Shown here: positions 61,802-64,000 of the stretch, one piece after another
How positions within the stretch are numbered: the first letter of the stretch is position 1
Layout of the letters: each line of letters starts with the position of its first letter
Assembly (NCBI GenBank): GCA_965198175.1
Contig: OZ240245.1
Location: 2,080,001 to 2,144,000, forward strand
Length of the DNA stretch: 64,000 nucleotides
Direction: 5' to 3'
DNA from: Candidatus Poribacteria bacterium
GTDB taxonomy: Bacteria; Poribacteria; WGA-4E; PCPOR2b
Notes under the pieces: model-generated
Seen by the model: the letters and a program-made list of their open reading frames with translations, nothing else
What the model was told of the DNA's origin: nothing
Databases searched by the model: none
Program-made: the position numbers and the translations under genes

Positions 61802-62209
61802 TCAACCATCGGGAGGCGCAGAACCTTTCGACGACTTAACGATTTCACGCATCTGAATTCGGGGAACAATCGAAAAGTCGAACGTTTGTCTGCTGTCGCT
61901 TTGGACCATCTCCAACATGTTTTGGCAGCGGTGAATCTGTTCAAGGAGGGTTTTTAAATTTATCCCCAAATGGCATTCTCCAAAATTTTGAAGTTTGACA
62001 TAGCCTTTTCGCCATTGGCTGGCTGCACCGACATAGTTGCGATTGAACAGGTGGAAAAATCCAACGCTTAGTTGCAGCAGACCTTGATAAAAGAGTCGAT
62101 CCGGTCCAACTTCTATCATCCACACATCTTCCAAAGTCTCGTGGCACTCGAAGTATTCCCCATTATTAAATTCTTGAACGCTCTTCTTGAGAGCTGCATG
62201 TTTGTCCAT
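61802..62209 (-). CDS. DUF309 protein
   Basis: FNNGEYFECHETLEDVW, YQGLLQ. Confidence 0.92.
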   Translation of the reverse strand: MDKHAALKKSVQEFNNGEYFECHETLEDVWMIEVGPDRLFYQGLLQLSVGFFHLFNRNYVGAASQWRKGYVKLQNFGECHLGINLKTLLEQIHRCQNMLEMVQSDSRQTFDFSIVPRIQMREIVKSSKGSAPPDG

Positions 62210-62289
62210 GCGGCTTTCGATCCAAATGTACAAAAGGGATACAAAAGAAAGATTGCTGTGTTCTCAAGAGCTACCCCTCGAAGGAACTG

Positions 62290-63582
62290 TTACATAATCT
62301 CATCATCTGACTGAATCTCCTCCTTATAGAAGACCTCTTCTAGCCGCGTCGTCATTGTGAATGCGAGCAAACTCAACCCCAAGGAGATTGAGAAAACTCC
62401 CTGATAGCCAATCCACGAAACGACGATACCACCGAGCACTGTCACGAAACTGAAGGGGAAAAGGAGTGTATTCATAAACCCGAGATAGCTTGGACGGGTT
62501 AGCGGCGGTGCGACGTTGAGCATGTATGTCATAAAACCAACCATCATTCCATTGACTGATACACCATTGATTGCAAAGATTAAGAAATAGCTCGGTATTT
62601 GCCAGGGGTGCGGCAAGAGCGGGATAGAAATTGCAACGAGGGGTGGCACGCAACCGAACGCCGACATGCCGATCAAAATCCATCGGACGCCATATTTCTC
62701 ACCGACATGCCCCCACAAAGCGGTTGAAATCACCCCACTTAGGGCAACAACGGCAAGAAATGAGCCAATCGTTGAATCTGGAACACCTAGATTCAACAAC
62801 GCATAAGGGACATAGAAAGGCATGCACATTCCTGCAGAATGGGCGAATATCCGGAAGATTATGAACCGTCGATAGTGGATATCCGTCCGAAGAAAGTGAG
62901 GTCCCTGTCTGAGGTGCTGACGAAGCAATTTCCGCTTGGTTTTGATGAGTTGAATGGGTTCACGAATCAGGAGAAAGACCAGAAATGCAGCCAAGGTTGC
63001 TACAACTGCAAATGCGAATAGGAGGGCGTAATTATAAGGGAATGTCACTCCCGACGCATCGCTCAGCACGAATTTAATCAAGAATTCACCAATGAAGAAT
63101 GCCAAAACCCCACCAATGAATTGGCGTGTGCTGAAAAATCGAGCGCGCCGCAGTGGCTGAATGGATTTAGATACAATTTCCATATACGGAATACTGGATA
63201 TGCCCAGTGACGAGGCGGCAATAAAATAAAAGCAGAAGAAGCTTGCAACAAGCACACTTTTCCTGTGCGGTTCAATCAGAAACGTGCAGGCGACAATCGT
63301 AACCCACGCTACCACGCGAATGCTCATTCCCAGTTTGTAAAAGGGCATTTTACGTGGACGATGTTCAAGTATGTTCGACATCAGCAATTGAGGCCACATC
63401 CAGCCAGCCGGCATGATAGATCCAGCAAGACCGACAAAAAAGTGCGATCCAGTGAGCCGCAACACAAAAGCAGAAAGAATTGTTCCCGACTCAATAAAAG
63501 CCAAGGAGATTCGCATGAAAACCCCTTGAAGCACAGCGAGCCAAAAGTTGCGCCTCTGTTCCTGTTCGTTGTTTTTTTTCAT
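62290..63582 (-). CDS. MFS transporter
   Basis: About 12 hydrophobic segments, WGHVGEKYG loop, RPSYLG. Confidence 0.88.
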   Translation of the reverse strand: MKKNNEQEQRRNFWLAVLQGVFMRISLAFIESGTILSAFVLRLTGSHFFVGLAGSIMPAGWMWPQLLMSNILEHRPRKMPFYKLGMSIRVVAWVTIVACTFLIEPHRKSVLVASFFCFYFIAASSLGISSIPYMEIVSKSIQPLRRARFFSTRQFIGGVLAFFIGEFLIKFVLSDASGVTFPYNYALLFAFAVVATLAAFLVFLLIREPIQLIKTKRKLLRQHLRQGPHFLRTDIHYRRFIIFRIFAHSAGMCMPFYVPYALLNLGVPDSTIGSFLAVVALSGVISTALWGHVGEKYGVRWILIGMSAFGCVPPLVAISIPLLPHPWQIPSYFLIFAINGVSVNGMMVGFMTYMLNVAPPLTRPSYLGFMNTLLFPFSFVTVLGGIVVSWIGYQGVFSISLGLSLLAFTMTTRLEEVFYKEEIQSDDEIM

Positions 63583-63644
63583 CGGTAGTTTCGTGTTCTG
63601 GGTTTCCCCTTTCTCTTAAGTTGGACTAAACAGGTGATTCCTTG

Positions 63645-63683
63645 AAAAAAAAGACCCAAGGCAACCTATCATGGGCCTTGGGT
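63645..63683 (-). terminator. Intrinsic terminator downstream of the MoaD-like gene
   Basis: Stem acccaaggc/gccttgggt followed by T8 on the minus strand. Confidence 0.8.
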
Positions 63684-63781
63684 ATTGGGGCTTGCAAGGG
63701 TAATCTGCTAGCGCGTAACCGAACGAGACGGTCATGGCGCAAATGCGCTGGCGATAAGGTTCCGTCAGCCACTACGCATGT

Positions 63782-64000
63782 CTACCCTCCTGCAATCGCG
63801 GGGATGACCGATATTTCGTCACCATCTGTGACAGCGGTCGCCGTTCCGTCCAAGAAGCGAATATCTTCGTCATTGAGATAGATATTAACGAAGCGGCGAA
63901 TATTTCCAGATTCATCACAGATGCGTTCTTTAATCCCCGGATGGTTTGCTTCGAGGTTCTCGATGATACTCTCAATATCTGACCCGACTACTTCGACTTC
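63782..64000 (-). CDS. MoaD/ThiS/CysO-family ubiquitin-like sulfur carrier, 5'-truncated (absent from the ORF track)
   Basis: My translation: EVEVVGSDIESIIENLEANHPGIKERICDESGNIRRFVNIYLNDEDIRFLDGTATAVTDGDEISVIPAIAGG*, ending in GG. Confidence 0.92.
   Translation of the reverse strand, partial: EVEVVGSDIESIIENLEANHPGIKERICDESGNIRRFVNIYLNDEDIRFLDGTATAVTDGDEISVIPAIAGG

Overview
Bacterial chromosomal window of mostly housekeeping genes from a diderm. The gene content (PhyH dioxygenase, FGE-sulfatase domain, Ycf48/BNR propeller, UBact operon, lptABC) resembles Candidatus Poribacteria or a related candidate phylum; this is an inference, not a database result. The window opens with a 5'-truncated, AT-richer reverse transcriptase of the defence-associated DRT4/UG15 (AbiA/AbiK-like) class just upstream of glyA-folC-hppA-ilvD. 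Next comes radC, divergent from a complete UBact-proteasome operon (arc-dop-ubact-prcB-prcA-pafA). A minus-strand block follows: rpoZ, lipid A acyltransferase, lptC-lptA-lptB, rpoN-hpf-hprK-ptsH and valS. The rest contains two MacB-type permeases with a very long adaptor, a PhnP-like hydrolase, msrA, a YhaO/YhaN-like Mre11/Rad50 pair (ATPase broken by an in-frame stop), tyrS-GT2-surE-DUF368-nadK-recN, a fused indolepyruvate oxidoreductase, aroE-zapA and comEA. It ends in an accessory stretch (GT4, rhodanese, Ycf48-like, PhyH, frameshifted FGE, methyltransferase, ankyrin-like remnants, GH99-like, DUF309, MFS, truncated MoaD/CysO). Most notable: the DRT-type RT; the UBact system with an ATPase lacking the GQYL tail; a ~76-aa domain inserted into sigma-54; an internally duplicated LptA; a palindromic element inserted in frame into the IOR gene; a three-copy switch-like repeat before folC; a long hairpin RNA candidate upstream of valS; and a possible BCAA leader before ilvD. 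I found no CRISPR array, rRNA, tRNA or intact transposase.
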